A stretch of 64,000 nt of DNA from Isurus oxyrinchus. Taxonomy: Eukaryota. The position numbers were made by a program, and so were the translations under genes. The stretch spans positions 3,534,001 to 3,598,000 of the forward strand of contig JANJGN010000036.1 in NCBI GenBank assembly GCA_026770705.1, in the 5' to 3' direction. Below, in pieces: positions 37,540 to 50,460 of this stretch (its first letter is position 1; the number at the start of each line of letters is the position of its first letter). The notes below the pieces were generated by a model, which saw nothing but the letters and a program-made list of their open reading frames with translations, searched no databases and was not told where the DNA came from.

Positions 37540-39830
37540 ATTACTCCATAAGTTAGAAGTTAAGTTTTATTCCGGCCTTAAAACAGGGGTATGCAAGCTT
37601 TCTGGGAGAGCTGCAGCTATTTAATTAAGTAGCAATATTAAGCTGGATTTCAGATAACCGAATTAGTTGTTTTCCAGGGTGCATAAAATGAGGACTTCCT
37701 CAGTGCTGCCCTGTTGCACTGAGTGCTGCCTTGTGTGCACAGTGTGTGAAGTGAGAGTTGGTTGAGAGAGGGAATTCAGTGAAGAGGGTCAGGAGATGAT
37801 CCTTTCTTTTCTACCTTTTTTGAGCCTCCAGTAGCCGGCTCTTACTGTGGTTCAGGAAGGAAAAAAGCTGACCAACGAGTTACTGGTAAAGTATTCTGTT
37901 CTACTTATTCTAACTGTAATGAATAGGTTTTGTTAAAGATATGGTTTGGAAGGTCAGGTGTTCCGAGAGGAATGTACGTCCTGTCATGTGGGAAGTCAGG
38001 AACATACCATATGTCCTTGACAAACACATCTGCAGGAAGTTTCACCAGCTGCAGACGCTTGGGTGCTGTGTTTCAGAAGGCCAGTGCTGACTGGAGCCAC
38101 TGCTGTGCAGAGGAGTGCGTGGGTAGCAGGTTTAGTGGCTTTATCAGGCCGCAGGTTCGGAGTGAACAAGCAGGGAGGGAATGGGTGAGCGCCAAGCAGT
38201 CTAAGAGAGTCTAAGAGAGCCAGGCAGGCAGTTCAGGAGTTCCCTGAACCTACCTTGCTTCGTATCCTTTTTTTTAAAAAATGGATGCTGTGAGGGAAAT
38301 GGTTTGTCAGAGGAATGTGATGAGACCCAAATCTATGGCAGCACAGGTGGCTGATCTACACCAGACGGGAGGAAGGAGAGTGGAAGAGCAATGCTTACAG
38401 AGGATTCTACAGCCAGGGGATCAGACAAGCCTTTCTGCAGCAGTTAACGTTACTGCAGGGAGGCGTGATGCCTCCCTGGTGCTGGGATCAAGGATGTCAG
38501 GAGCAGCGGTAGGGCATCCCCTTCTGGGGGAAGATGAACAGCCAGGGATCGTCATCCACATTAGTACCAATGATATAGGAAGGAAAAGTGAAGAGGTCCT
38601 GAAAGCAGATTTTAGTGATTTAGGAAGGACTTATAAACAGGACCTTAAGAGCAGTAATCTTAGGATTGCTCCCAGTGCCATGTGGTCGTGAGCTCGGGGA
38701 TAGGAGGACAGATCGATTGAATGCGTGGCTGTAGAATTGGTGTAGGAGACAGGGAATCAGACTCCTGAGGCGTTGGGACTGGTTCTGGGGCAGGTAGGAC
38801 CTGTATAAACTGGACGCATTACAGCTTAACAGGATTTGCACTAATATCCTGGCAGGGAGATTTGCTCGGCTGTTGGGGAGGTTTGAAACTAGCTTGTCAG
38901 GGAGATGGGGACCTGAGGGGTAAGTCAAGTTGGAAGGACATTAAACTCGTAATGGGAAGTTGAAAATTGGCAAGTGAAATTAGAAGGCAGGTGAACGAAG
39001 GGAAGCATCAATTCAGCTTAGAATGTGGAATAATGTCAAAGGCACAAACTTAATGGCTCTCTACCTGAATACACCCAACATTCATAAGAAGGTGGATAGT
39101 TTAAAGACTCAAATAGAGGTAAATTGGTATGATCTGATTGTCAATGCATGGCTGCAGTGTGTGTAAATTCTGGGGCCGGATTTAATATTTTCAAGTTCAC
39201 AAAGCTAATTGGAAAGTTTGTTGCGAGGAAGAGGCAAAGTGGCTTCATGATGATTGGTTAGACTTGGTGAGTGGGCAAGGACACAGCAGGTGGAACAGCA
39301 TTTGGAAAAATATCAAGTCATCTAATTTGCTTAGAGGAACAGATGTGCTTAGTATTTCTTAAATGGTAAGAGATTTGAGAGTGTAGATGTACAAAGGGCC
39401 CTGGGTCTCCCATCCAATATGTCCCTGAAGGCTCACATGCAGGAGCAGCAGGCAATTAGGAAGGGTAATGTAATTTTAGCCTTTATAGCAAGATGATTTG
39501 AGTGCAGGGGTCGTGAAGTCCTGCTTCAATTATATAGAAGCTTAGTTATATCTCACCTGGAGTAGTGTGTGCAGTTTTGGTCCTCTTACCTTGGGAAGGA
39601 TGTTACTGCCATAAAAATAATGCAAACAACGTTCACCAGGCTTGTTCGCGGGATAACAGGATGATTCTATGAGCAGATATTGGTGAAACTTGGCTTGTGT
39701 TCTCTGGAGTTTAGAATAATGAGAGGTGTGCTCAGTGCATCATATAAAATAGTTAAATGGGTAAGACAGGGCAGATGGAGGAAAGATGTTTCCCCGATTT
39801 GGGGAATCTGGAAATAAACAGTGGGCTTCC
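37540..39830 (+). mobile_element. Degenerate, internally deleted CR1 LINE (5' UTR, ORF1 esterase, ORF2 remnants)
   Basis: ORF 38281..38691 contains IVIHISTNDIGR (SGNH-esterase block of CR1 ORF1). An endonuclease start (ALYLN..) lies near 39055, then the sequence jumps to the RT C-terminal region. Confidence 0.78.
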
Positions 39831-40811
39831 CCCGGGGACAGTATTTTATGCATAATAATGATCTGGAATTTGTCACATAGGCATAATTGTAATGTTTTTA
39901 AAAGATACACTTGTGAGTGCAGTACATGATGAGACAGTAAGCAATGGATTTCAAGAGGGCAGAGGCAGACACATAGCAAATCACTTTTAAAACAGAAGAA
40001 TTAAGTGATACATTTTATTATAAAGCGTTGGAAAGGCAATGAAAATAAATGCTGCAGCTTTAAAAGAAGATGCAGGAATAAACACAAACGACAATCTGAC
40101 AGGAGAAATTCCTCCTCATTTCTAATAGACACCGAGTGCGGCAGCTTTGAATGTGGCCGGATAAATTAAGACGATTTTTTCAAAAACAAAAAAAGATCCC
40201 TTGTCTTTAAATAACAGAGGAATTGAATACAAAAAAAAAGCACAAAAGTTACGTTAAACCTTTGTAAAACACTGGCTAGGCCACAAATGTAGCATTGTGT
40301 ACAAATATGTCCCCACACTCTGGGGACTAGTCAAGGCCTTGGAGATGGTTTAGATGTGATTTGCCTGCTTGGCTCCATGAATGCGGAACATCAGTAGTGT
40401 GGAAAGACTTGAAAAATTGTGTTTTTCTCCTGAAAGCACAGAAAATTCAGAGGAGATTTGATAGAGCCTTTCACCTGCTGCAGACTCTGTTACTGTGAAC
40501 AGTCACCTACTTTAGAGGGACTGACTGTGAACAGTCACCTAATTTAGAGGAAGTGATTGTGAACCGAGGTGCCTATGATAAAGTGGCTAACTGTGAATTG
40601 AGACACCTGCGATAGAGAGACTGACTGAACAGAGACACATACTGTGGGGGGCGAGAGGATGAACAAGGAACCAAATGATATGGAGATTAAACAGGAAAGT
40701 GGAGTCGAGGTAGTAAGGACAAGTCTAGCGAGTACAGAGATCTCCAGAGGGGCCCAGAGTATCACATGTGTTAAAGGGGTCGATCCCTCAACCCAACATC
40801 AATTGTGTGCT

Positions 40812-40942
40812 GAAAACAAAGAAAACTGCGGATGCTGGAAATCTAAAACAAAAACAGAATTACCTGGAAAAACTCAGTAGGTCTGGCAGCATCGGCGGAG
40901 AAGAAAAGAGTTGACGTTTCGAGTCCTCATGACCCTTCGACA
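40812..40942. mobile_element. Penelope-like short insertion, copy E (single arm)
   Basis: Same sequence as copies A-D, ending inside the hammerhead-like core. Possible 6-bp flanking repeat GTGTGC. Confidence 0.7.
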
Positions 40943-41359
40943 GTGTGCGTTGTCTTCAGAGAAAATGTTTCTTCCCATAACGAAGAGAATAATTAGAGGT
41001 CATCAATATAAGACAGTAACTAATAAATGCAATAGAAAATTCAGGAGAAACTTCTTTACCCAGAAAGTGGTGAGAATGTGGATGTCACTACCAGAGGGCG
41101 TGGCTGGGGTGAATAGTAGAAGAGTTTTCTAGGAAATTAGACAACCATTTGAGGAAAAGGATTGTTGTTATTTTAAGATTTAAATGGGAAAAAATGGGGC
41201 AGGCTTGAGTGGAGACTGAACACCAGCTTGGTCTGGTCGGGCAGAATGGCCTGTTTCTCTGTTGTACACCCTTTCTAATCCTGTGTAACAATTAATCATG
41301 CAATGGAAAGAAGGGAAAAGCAGATTTTTTTTAAGTTTAGGGGCCAGTCAATGTTGGCA

Positions 41360-43675
41360 TTCAGAGGCTATTATGAGTGTCCATGTGCACAAATCACAGG
41401 CAGTTAACATTCAGTTCAGCAAGACTTTGGCAAATACTATGTCAGTCTTTATTTGCAAGGGCATTGGAATGTAAAAGTAAGGAAGTATTACTGCAATTGT
41501 ACAGGGCTGTGTTCAGATCATATCTGGGCACTTTCAAGGTGGAAGGTGTGTCAAGTGGAGTACAAAAAGGAACAGTGCAAAGGCCTCAACTAATTACAAA
41601 CTCTATTCATGACTTAGATGAAGAGACCGAGAATAATATATCTAAGTTTGATGACAATGTAAAGCTTTGTCGGAATGCAAACTGTGAGAAGGACACAATG
41701 AGGCTGCAAAGAGCTATAATCAGTTTAAGTAAGTAGTCAACAAGGTGGCTGAAGGGACATAATATGGGGAAGTGTGACGTTATTCACATTGGTTGCAAAT
41801 ATAGACAAAAAGGCACATTCCTTTGCTTCTCCTCGTCCAAGGGACTGAGATCAATCTATTTTTGGACTCTAGGGGAATCAAGGGATCTGGGGACAGTGCG
41901 GGAAAGTGGAGCTGAGGTAGGAGATCAGAAGAGAACTTACTGAATGGTAGACTAGGCTATAAAGGCTGAAAGGCCTCCTCCTGTTCCTGTTCCTTCTGTG
42001 GAGACAGAACCTAACATGTCAAATGGTTTTGGAAAAATTGGATGTCAGGCAGGGGTGGAGTTAAGTCAGAGCAATACATTTTATTCATGTTTGGATCACG
42101 CTGCTGGTTTAATTTATGTGTGAGTTGTGCTCGGTTTGCAGTGAGCTGTTTGGCTGGTGTGTGCTACATGTTATCAGATCGATGTTAATGGAGGGCCAAT
42201 CACTCATGCTGCATCTTGCAACCCTCTTTTCCAGAGATCAGACACCAGCAACAATTGGGGTCTCTCTTCCTTGGACAGGATTTCCACACTAACTCAGTGG
42301 CTTTTGATGGGATGTTGTACGGTGATCAGTTGTTCTGAGGGTGGATGTGGCATTATCTACGCAACCTGCAGGTGATGACGGCCTGAGCCATTCAGCCCCT
42401 TGATCTGTGTTATCCCTCTGAAGTAGCTCCCCCCACCCCACAGCCTTTAGTCTAAACTCCCCTCAGCTCTTAACCTGTTCTTTTCGAAATACTGATCAAT
42501 TTCCTTTTAAGAACTATTCCCAATTCTGTTCCTAGAGAGCAAGTCCCTGACCAATAACCAGTTGCCTAAAAGAAATTATAATCTCCTCTGCCTCGATTAT
42601 TTTTGGCAATGATTTTAACTCAATAGTGGCCGATGTAACCATCTCTGAAGAGAGCTTGGATGGAGGGGGGCGGTGATGATAAAAAGCTCTGACTGAAAGT
42701 AGGCAGTAATGAGGAGATAAAGAGTCTGCAAAGGGAGCTAAACTGCTCAGTTAATTGGGTGAGAAAGTGGCAGATTGAGTGTAATGTTATGAAATTTGAC
42801 GTCTTGCTTGGGGGTGGGAAGAATAGATACACAGGGTCTTTGTAAAAGTTGAGGGACTTGAAAATTCTGGTACTCAGAGGGATTGGATGCCCTTGTAAAC
42901 TTAACGCAGGAAACGAACAATCAGGGACAGCAAGCAGATTAGGGAGGTAAATAGTTTGTTCAGGCTCATTGCAAGGAGGGTTGGAGTTTAAGGGGAAGGG
43001 GAATCTTAGTGTAATTGTAGAATGTGTTACTGAGACAGTACCTGGAATAATGTGTGCAGTTTTGCTCTACTTACCTTAGAAAGGATGCACTTGCCTGAGA
43101 GGGAGTGCAATGCGTGTTCACTGGATTGATTCCGTGGATGAGAGGATTGTCATATGATGAGATAGAATAGAATGGTTCTAAATCCTCAGGAGTTTAGAAG
43201 AAATATTGGTGATCTCATTGAAATGTGTAAAATTCTCGAAGAGTTTGACTGGGCAGATGTTGAGAGGCTGTTCCAGCCCCATTATCCCCAGCCCCACAAA
43301 CCGGTCTCCCTGCCTTGGCTGGTGTGTTCAGGACACAGGATCACAGTCTCAGAATTATGAGTCAGCTACATAGGGCTGGGTTATGGAGAAAATTCTTCAC
43401 TCAGTGTTGTGAAGCTTTGGAATTCTCCATCTCTGGGAGCTGTGAGTGCTCAGTCACTGAGTATATCCAATGTAGAGATACGAGAATATAGAGTTGAGTG
43501 ACTGCGTATATTCAAAGCTGAGATCAATCGATTAATGCACACTAAGGGAGTTAAGGGATGTGGAGATAAGGCAGGGAGGTGGCGTTGAATTAGACGATCG
43601 CCCATAATCTTATTGAATGGTGGAGCAGGCGCAAAGGGCCAAAAAGCCTCCTCCTGCTCTAGTTCCTGATGTTCT
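41360..43675 (+). mobile_element. Cluster of degenerate CR1 fragments (about 41360-41995 and 42620-43675)
   Basis: SKFDDNVKL / GVQKG remnants and CR1-type 3' tails (GGCCTCCTCCTG...). Confidence 0.7.
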
Positions 43676-43879
43676 TTTGTGTGAATGGTAGTGTGGGGTA
43701 TACAATAAGTATTGATGATTTAAAGACTGCTTTAGGCCATCAAACATTTATCAGTCCAGTTGAACCCACGTCAATGATGATTCACATTTTCCAACAACCA
43801 GGCCCCAGTCTGTAGCTGAAAGCGGCACTGAAAGCACCTCAGCCCCTCTCCATCCACTCACACACAACGTGGCTAGTGC

Positions 43880-44140
43880 TTCAAATGTCTTATTTTAGCT
43901 CCCGATACCGAACGGTTGTTGTTTTTGGCCTGTTTGTGAAGTAGTGCAGGTGTTGTGGTCATTCACCTCAGGGCAAAGGGGGAGAGCGTCACAGGAGGAG
44001 GAACTGAAACCTTTCTGTTCACTGGGCGATTAGCAGCCAAGGGTGACAGCATCTGTCCCCAGCTTCCACTCTCTGAAATTTCACAGAAGCGGCTGTGGTT
44101 TCACACAGGAAAAGGACAGAAATCTCAGAGGCACATTTGA
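43880..44140. promoter_or_regulatory. Candidate B-cell Ig enhancer
   Basis: MEF2-like CTTATTTTAG 43889; E2A site TGCAGGTGT 43945; RUNX TGTGGT 43954 and TGTGGTTT 44094; half-CRE CGTCA 43987; ETS-IRF composite GAGGAACTGAAA 43998-44009; E-boxes CATCTG 44050, CAAATG 43882 and CATTTG 44134. Confidence 0.6.
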
Positions 44141-44429
44141 ACCCGATATTCTTGCACACCTTGCACTTTACAGAAACTGACAACCCAACGTGTGCCGGGC
44201 CGCACAGAAAACAACCAGCAAAACTCCTATTATTTATCCCCTGGACTGTCTCACTCTTCACTTCTCGACTCTGTTTCCAAACAAACCTGCCTCATAACCT
44301 AACTCGCACCAAGTATCATTCACTCATCAAACCACCCCAGCCTGTGGTCCCTGCTCTGCTTTGGCTCGCAGTTATGCCATGCCTTGATTTTAAACTGTTC
44401 ATCTTGCCGCTTTGAAATCCCACTAGTCC

Positions 44430-45390
44430 CTCTCCCCTCACTCTCTCTGTAAAAGTGTTCCAGCCCCTACACACCACCCTGATCCTGTAACCTCCTCATG
44501 CCCCCATACACCTCCCTATCTCTGTGACCTGATCAAGCACTGCAGCCCTTCCTATCTCTGTAACTTTATTCAGCCTCTCGCACACCCCCTATCTCTGTAA
44601 CATCCTCCAGACCTACATCACTCCCTATCTCTGTGAAATATTCAAACCACTACAACCCTCACTATCTCTGTAACTTTATCCAGNNNNNNNNNNNNNNNNN
44701 NNNNNNNNNNNNNNNNNNNNNNNNNNNNNNNNNNNNNNNNNNNNNNNNNNNNNNNNNNNNNNNNNNNNNNNNNNNNNNNNNNNNNNNNNNNNNNNNNNNN
44801 NNNNNNNNNNNNNNNNNNNNNNCGTTCTCCCAAACCTATATCACTCCCTATCTCTTTGGGCTTCCTCCATTTCCTAAAATACTCCCTCTCCTTGTAACCA
44901 CCTCAGAGCAGTACACTCCTCAGAATCTCTGGAATCCTCAAGACACCAACTGTTTCTGTAAACACCTTCAGTCCTTACAACCCTCCATATACCTGTAAAT
45001 TCCAATAGCCCCTACACCACTCCCTATCTCTGTAATGCACTCCAGTGCCAAAAACCCTCCCTATCTCTATAAACTGATGCAGCAGCTACAATGCTCCCTA
45101 TCTCTGTGACTTGATTCAGCCACTGCAGCCCTCTTTATCTCTGTAACTTTCTTCAGACCCTACATCACTCCCTAACTCTGTGAATTCCTCCATCCCCCAC
45201 AATCCTGCCTGCTAATTCTTTAACTTTCTCCAGCCCACACCCCCCAAACACCCCGGTCTCAGTATCCCTGCTCCAGCCCCTACACACCTCCATCTCTGTC
45301 TAACCTACTCGAACCCCTCTAATGCTCCTTATTCCAGTACCCTCTGCAACCAACACAACTTTCCCTCTGCATGTAACCTTCTCCAGCCAC
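44430..45390. repeat. ~37-bp minisatellite (CCCTCCCTATCTCTGTAACCTCCTCCAGCCCTACAAC-like); resumes at 47355-47530 after the LINE
   Basis: Recurring CCCTATCTCTGTAAC motif. Confidence 0.85.
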
Positions 45391-45394
45391 TGAA

Positions 45395-47350
45395 ACAATA
45401 CATATTGGCCAGAAAAAAGCAACAGACCTGAGGATTGGGAGCAGTTTAGAATTCAGCAATGGAGGACCAAATGATTGATTAAGAAGGGGAAAATACATTA
45501 CAAGAGTAAGCTTGCAGGGAACATAAAATCTGCCTGTAAAAGTTTCTAGAGGTATGTGTAGAGAAAAAGATTGGTGAAGACAAATGTAGGTCCCTTACAG
45601 TCAGAAACAGGGGAATTCATAATGGGGAACAAAGAAATGGCTGACCAACTAAATACATACTTTGGTTCTGTCTTCACAAAGGAGGGCACTAATAACATAT
45701 CAGAAATGGTGGGGAACACAGGGTTTAGTGAGAGGGAGGAACTGAAAGAAATCAGTATTAGTAGGGAAATGTTGTTGGGGAAATTGATGGGATTGAAGGC
45801 CGATAAATCCCCGGCACCTGATAATCTACATCCCGGAGTAATTAAGGAAGTGTCCCAAGAAATAGTGGCTACATTGATGGATGGTCATCTTATGAGATTC
45901 TATAGACTCTGGAACAGTTCCTACAGGTTGGAGGGTAGTTAATGTAACTCCACTATTTAAAAAGGGAGGCAGAGAGAAAACAGGAATTATAGACGAGTCC
46001 GCCTGACGTCGGTAGTGGGGAAAATTCTAGAGTCCATTATAAAAGATTTAATAGCTGAACACGTGGAAAGCAGTGGCAGAATCGGACAGGGTCAGCATGG
46101 ATTTATGAAAGGGAAATCATGCTTGACAAATCTACTGGAATTTTTCAAGGATGTAACTAGTGGAGTTGATGAGGGGGAGCCAGTGGATGTGGTTTATTTG
46201 GACTTTCATAAGGCTTTCGACAAAGTCCCACATAAGAGATTAGTGTGTAAAATTAAAGCACATGGAATTCGGGTAGTGTATTGAGATGGATAGAAAAATG
46301 TTTGGCAGACAGGAAACAAAGAGTGGGAATAAACGGGTAATTTTCCGAATGGCAGGCAGTGACTAGTGGGGTACCGCAGGGATCGGTGCTGGGACCCCAG
46401 TTATTCACAATATATATTAATGAGTTAGATGAGGGAATTCAATGCAATATTTCCCAATTTGCAGATGACACAAAGCTGGGTGGGAAGGTGAGCTGTGAGG
46501 AGGATGCAGAGATGTTTCAGTGTGATTTGGACAAGCTGAGTGAGTGGGCAAATGTATGACAGATGCAGTGTAATGTGGATAAATGTGAGATTATCCATTT
46601 TGGTAGCAAAAACATGAAGGCAGATAATTATCTGAATACCGAGAAATTCGGAGCGGAGAATGTGCATCGAGACCTGGGTGTCCTTGTACTCCAGTCGCTG
46701 AAGGTAAGCATGCAGGTGTAGCAGGCGCTAAAGAAGGCAAATGGTATGTTGGCTTTCACAGCCAGAGGATTCGAGTACAGGAACAGGGATGTCTTGCTGC
46801 AATTGCACAAGACCTTGGTGAGACCACACCTGGAATATTGTGGGCAGTTTTGGCCTCCTTATCTGAAAAGGATGTACTTCCAATAGAGGGAGTGCAGCAA
46901 ATGTTTACCCAACTGATTCCTGGAATGGCGGGTCTGCCAGGAGAGATTGATTTAATTAATTAATTTATTTGCTGGAGTTCAGGAGAATGAAGGAGGATTT
47001 CATAGAAACCTATAAAATTCTAACAGGACTAGAAAGCGGCAATGTCCAGAATCAGGAGTCACAGTCTGAGGACATGGGGTAGACCATTTAGGCTGAGATG
47101 AGGACAAATGCCTTCACCTAGAGAGTGGTGATCCTGTGGAGTTCGTTACCACAGAAAATAGATGAGACGAAAAAATTATATATTTTCAAGAAAAATGTAG
47201 ATATTGCTCTTGGGGTGAAAGGGATCAAAGGATATGGGGAGAAAGCGGGAGCAGGCTATTGAGTTGAATGATCAGTTATGAATAGTGGAGCAGGCTTGAA
47301 GGGCAGAATGGCCTACTGCTGCTCCTAGCTTTTATGTTTCTATGATTATA
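45395..47350 (+). mobile_element. 5'-truncated CR1 LINE, RT domain to 3' tail, disrupted
   Basis: ORFs 45571, 46015 and 46359 give KSPAPD, QHGFMKGKSCLTNL, VYLDFHKAFDKVPH, GVPQGSVLGP and FADDTK, with stops and frameshifts. Tail GAATGGCCTACTGCTGCTCC...TATGTTTCTATG. Confidence 0.93.
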
Positions 47351-48039
47351 TGAACCCCTCCCTATCTCCATAATCACCTCCAGCCCCACCGTGACCTTCT
47401 CTGTGACCTTCTCCAGCAACTGTAAACCTCCATATCTCTGTCAGTTTTTTGCATCCTTACAACAATCTCTGCAACATTCTCCAGCCACCACAACACTCAC
47501 CTATCTCTGTAATCTCCTCCAGCCCCTGAAATTCTTATCCGTTTGCGTGGCCGAGTGGCCCACTCCTGCTCCTATTTTGTATATTTGTGTGTTCGTATCC
47601 GCTGCAGGAAATCACCAAAGCTCCTTCATGAGCACCTTCCAAACCCATGACCACTGCCACCTAGAAGGGCAAGGGCAGCAGATGCATGGGAACATCATTG
47701 CAGAGAAAGAGAGAGAGAGAGAGAGAGCGAAATAGGCAAAGAGAGGCCAATAGCCATGGAGCACCGATTATTAAAAGGGGCATAGAGCTCAAGAGCAAGG
47801 AGGTTATGTTGATTATTTATTAGGCACAAGTTAGGCATCAGCTCAAGTATTGTGCCCTGTTCTGGGTGCCATACTTTAGGAAGGGTATGAAGCCACAGGG
47901 CAGAGTGCAGGAAATTTTTACGAGAATGGTTCCATGGGTGAGGAACTTCAGTTATGGTGATGGATTGGGGAAGTTGGGACTGTTTCCCTTGCAGAAAAAA
48001 ATGAATGAGGGCAGAATCTATAGAGGTACACAAGATCCT

Positions 48040-48330
48040 GTTGGGGTGTTTGTGACACACTGGTTAGTGCCCCTACCTCTGAGCCAGTCGCTGCAAATTC
48101 GGGTCCTACTTCAGGACTTGATGGCCATGGAAGGTGTGTCCATAACGTGGCCAAACTGGTTTATTATGAGCCAGGAAATCCTTCCAATGTGTCAGATGGC
48201 AGGTGGTAAGAGTGGGAGAGACTCCTGGTCAGCCAGAACCTGCAGAAGGCAATGGGAAAGCACTGCAGCACCTTGTCAAGCATAACCATGGAGCAAGACA
48301 TGGAAGGGAAAGACCGTCTTAGGACAGGGT
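48040..48330 (+). mobile_element. Probable degenerate tRNA-derived SINE with an RTE-like segment
   Basis: A-box-like TGGTTAGTG and B-box-like ATTCGGGTCC head. GAAGGCAATGGGAAAGCACTGCAG at ~48245 resembles the RTE/BovB motif GAAGGCAATGGCAACCCACTCCAG. Confidence 0.4.
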
Positions 48331-48719
48331 ACCTGAAGAAAGAGAGATTTAAGATCATGAGGATTCTGGACACTCAGAGACGGTGAGAAACTATTTGTAT
48401 GTTTTGAGTATAACAACATTTATAGCATCTGATCAGTCAATATAGGCTGCAAAATATATTCTATGAATCCGGGCTTGTAATATCCAGACAAGCAGACACA
48501 CACAAACTCAGGTATACAAATACAGACAGACAGACACAGAAACATGAGAGAATAATTCCCATATGTCACATATCTGTTATCCGTCCTTAGGTCTGGAGAT
48601 GAAAACTCTCCTCAGTAATCCAGGTGTTCTCACAGCAAAACACTTGCAGCAAGATTTCCTTACTCTTAAACTCCAACCCCTTTGCAATGAAGGCCAATCA
48701 TTTACCTTTCTCTTGGTTA

Positions 48720-49240
48720 CCCCTCGATTAGATTCCAGTCTGTAACTCACTTCCGGGTACCTGTTATTCTATATATTAACCATCCCGAACCCCTTGATTA
48801 GATTCCAGTCTGTAACTCACTCCCGGGTACCTGTTATTCTATATATTAACCATCCCGAACCCCTTGATTAGATTCCAGTCTGTAACTCACTCCTGGGTAT
48901 CTGTTATTCTATATGTAAACCACCTGGATGAGATTCCAGCACTTCCACATCACAAGTTGAGGAAGGGATCTCCCTCCATTTTAATGATGGAGAAGGGATC
49001 TCGCTCTAATTTTAAGGTTGAGAAAGGATCTCCTTGCATTTTAAAGATGGGGATGGGATCTCCCACAATTTTCAAAATGGAGGTGGGACCTCTCTTCAAT
49101 TTTAAAGATGGAGAAGGGACCTCCATCCATTTTAAAGATGGAGATGGGATTTCCCTCCATTTTAAAGATGTAAGACCGATCTCGCTCCATTTTAATGATG
49201 GAGAAGGGATCTCCCTGCAGTTTAAAGATGGGAATGGATA
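48720..49240. repeat. Three units of the 70-bp satellite followed by ~9 units of the 30-bp minisatellite
   Basis: Same junction as 24650-24875. Confidence 0.93.
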
Positions 49241-49889
49241 TGTCACAGGATGTGCTTTTTTATACCCAGTAATGTTTACAAATTTTTGAACATTTCCACT
49301 TTTCCCCTGCTCTGCCTCTTTCCTTAACCCTGTCTTGTTCCTTCTCTTGCTTTCCTGCCCCATCTGCCAGTCACTCTCACCACATTTCTCTGTTTCCCTG
49401 TCTAACCCCATCTCTTTATCCCACACTCATTCCCCTCTTTTCAGATCTCTTACTCTCTCACCCCATCCATGTTTTTTGGCGTGATCCCCACTCTCTATCT
49501 CACATTCACGTCCCATCTCTCTTTCTCTCTCACTCTGTCTTTCTGCCACTCTGTCCCTCTATCTCTTGTTCTGTCTATCATTCTCTGTCACTCCCTTCCT
49601 CTGTTGCTCTACTCCTCTCTCCGTCGCCCCCATCTCGCTCCCTCTCCCCTGTCTCTCTTTCGCTCTCTTTCTATCTCTGTCTCTCTCTCGTCCCATCCCA
49701 CTCCCCCCCCCCCCCCCCCCCCCCGCCTCTCTCTCTCTCTCGCCCTGTTTCTCCCTTTCTCTGACTCGCCCTGTCTCTCTCTCTCTCTCTCTCTCTACCT
49801 CTCTCCCAGTCTCCTTTGAGCCAAAATTGGATGTGAAGCTGAACGGAAAATATTTTCAGTGTCACGGCGAAAAGGGAGATGAGTGAGAC

Positions 49890-50460
49890 CAGTGAAACGT
49901 GGATACAAAATTGGCTGAGGGATAGCTTGGGTATTTATCAGGCTGGAAGTAGGATTGCAGTGGAGTTCCACAGGGGTTGATATTGGGAGCTTTGATTTTC
50001 CTGATTTAGATCTTGGTGTGCAGGGGACCAATTCAGAGTTTGTGGATGGCACAAAACTTGGGAGAATTGTAAACACTGAGGGGGACAGTGTAGAGCTTCA
50101 AAATAATATTGACAAGTTGGTGGAGTGAGCAGATAGTTGGCCAATAATGTTCAATGTGGAGAAGTGTGAGGTGATGCATTATGGTAGGAGGAACATGGAC
50201 AGACAAAATAAAATTAGGGGTGAAATTTTGAAGGCGGTGCAGGAGCAGAAAGACCTTGGTGTATATGTGCAAAGATCAGTGAAGGCAGCAAGACAGGTTG
50301 AGACAGTGGTTTATAAAGCATATCATATTTGGGGCTTTATTAATAGGGGCATTGAGTACAAGAGCAGGGAGGGTCTGCTGAATTTGTATAAGACACTAAT
50401 TAGACCTCAGCTGGAGTATTGAGTACGGTCCTCGGAGCCAGACTACAGGAAGGATGTGAT
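49890..50460 (+). mobile_element. CR1 RT fragment (segmental duplicate of 25450-26055)
   Basis: FNVEKCEVMHYGRRN...YKTLIRPQLEY. Confidence 0.85.

Noticed and set aside
40490-40600. ~32-bp tandem triplication (TGTGAACAGTCACCTA...)
   Set aside because: A short local duplication with no further structure.
45571-46559. Active reverse transcriptase gene
   Set aside because: It has multiple stops and frameshifts and is 5'-truncated, so it is a dead CR1 copy.
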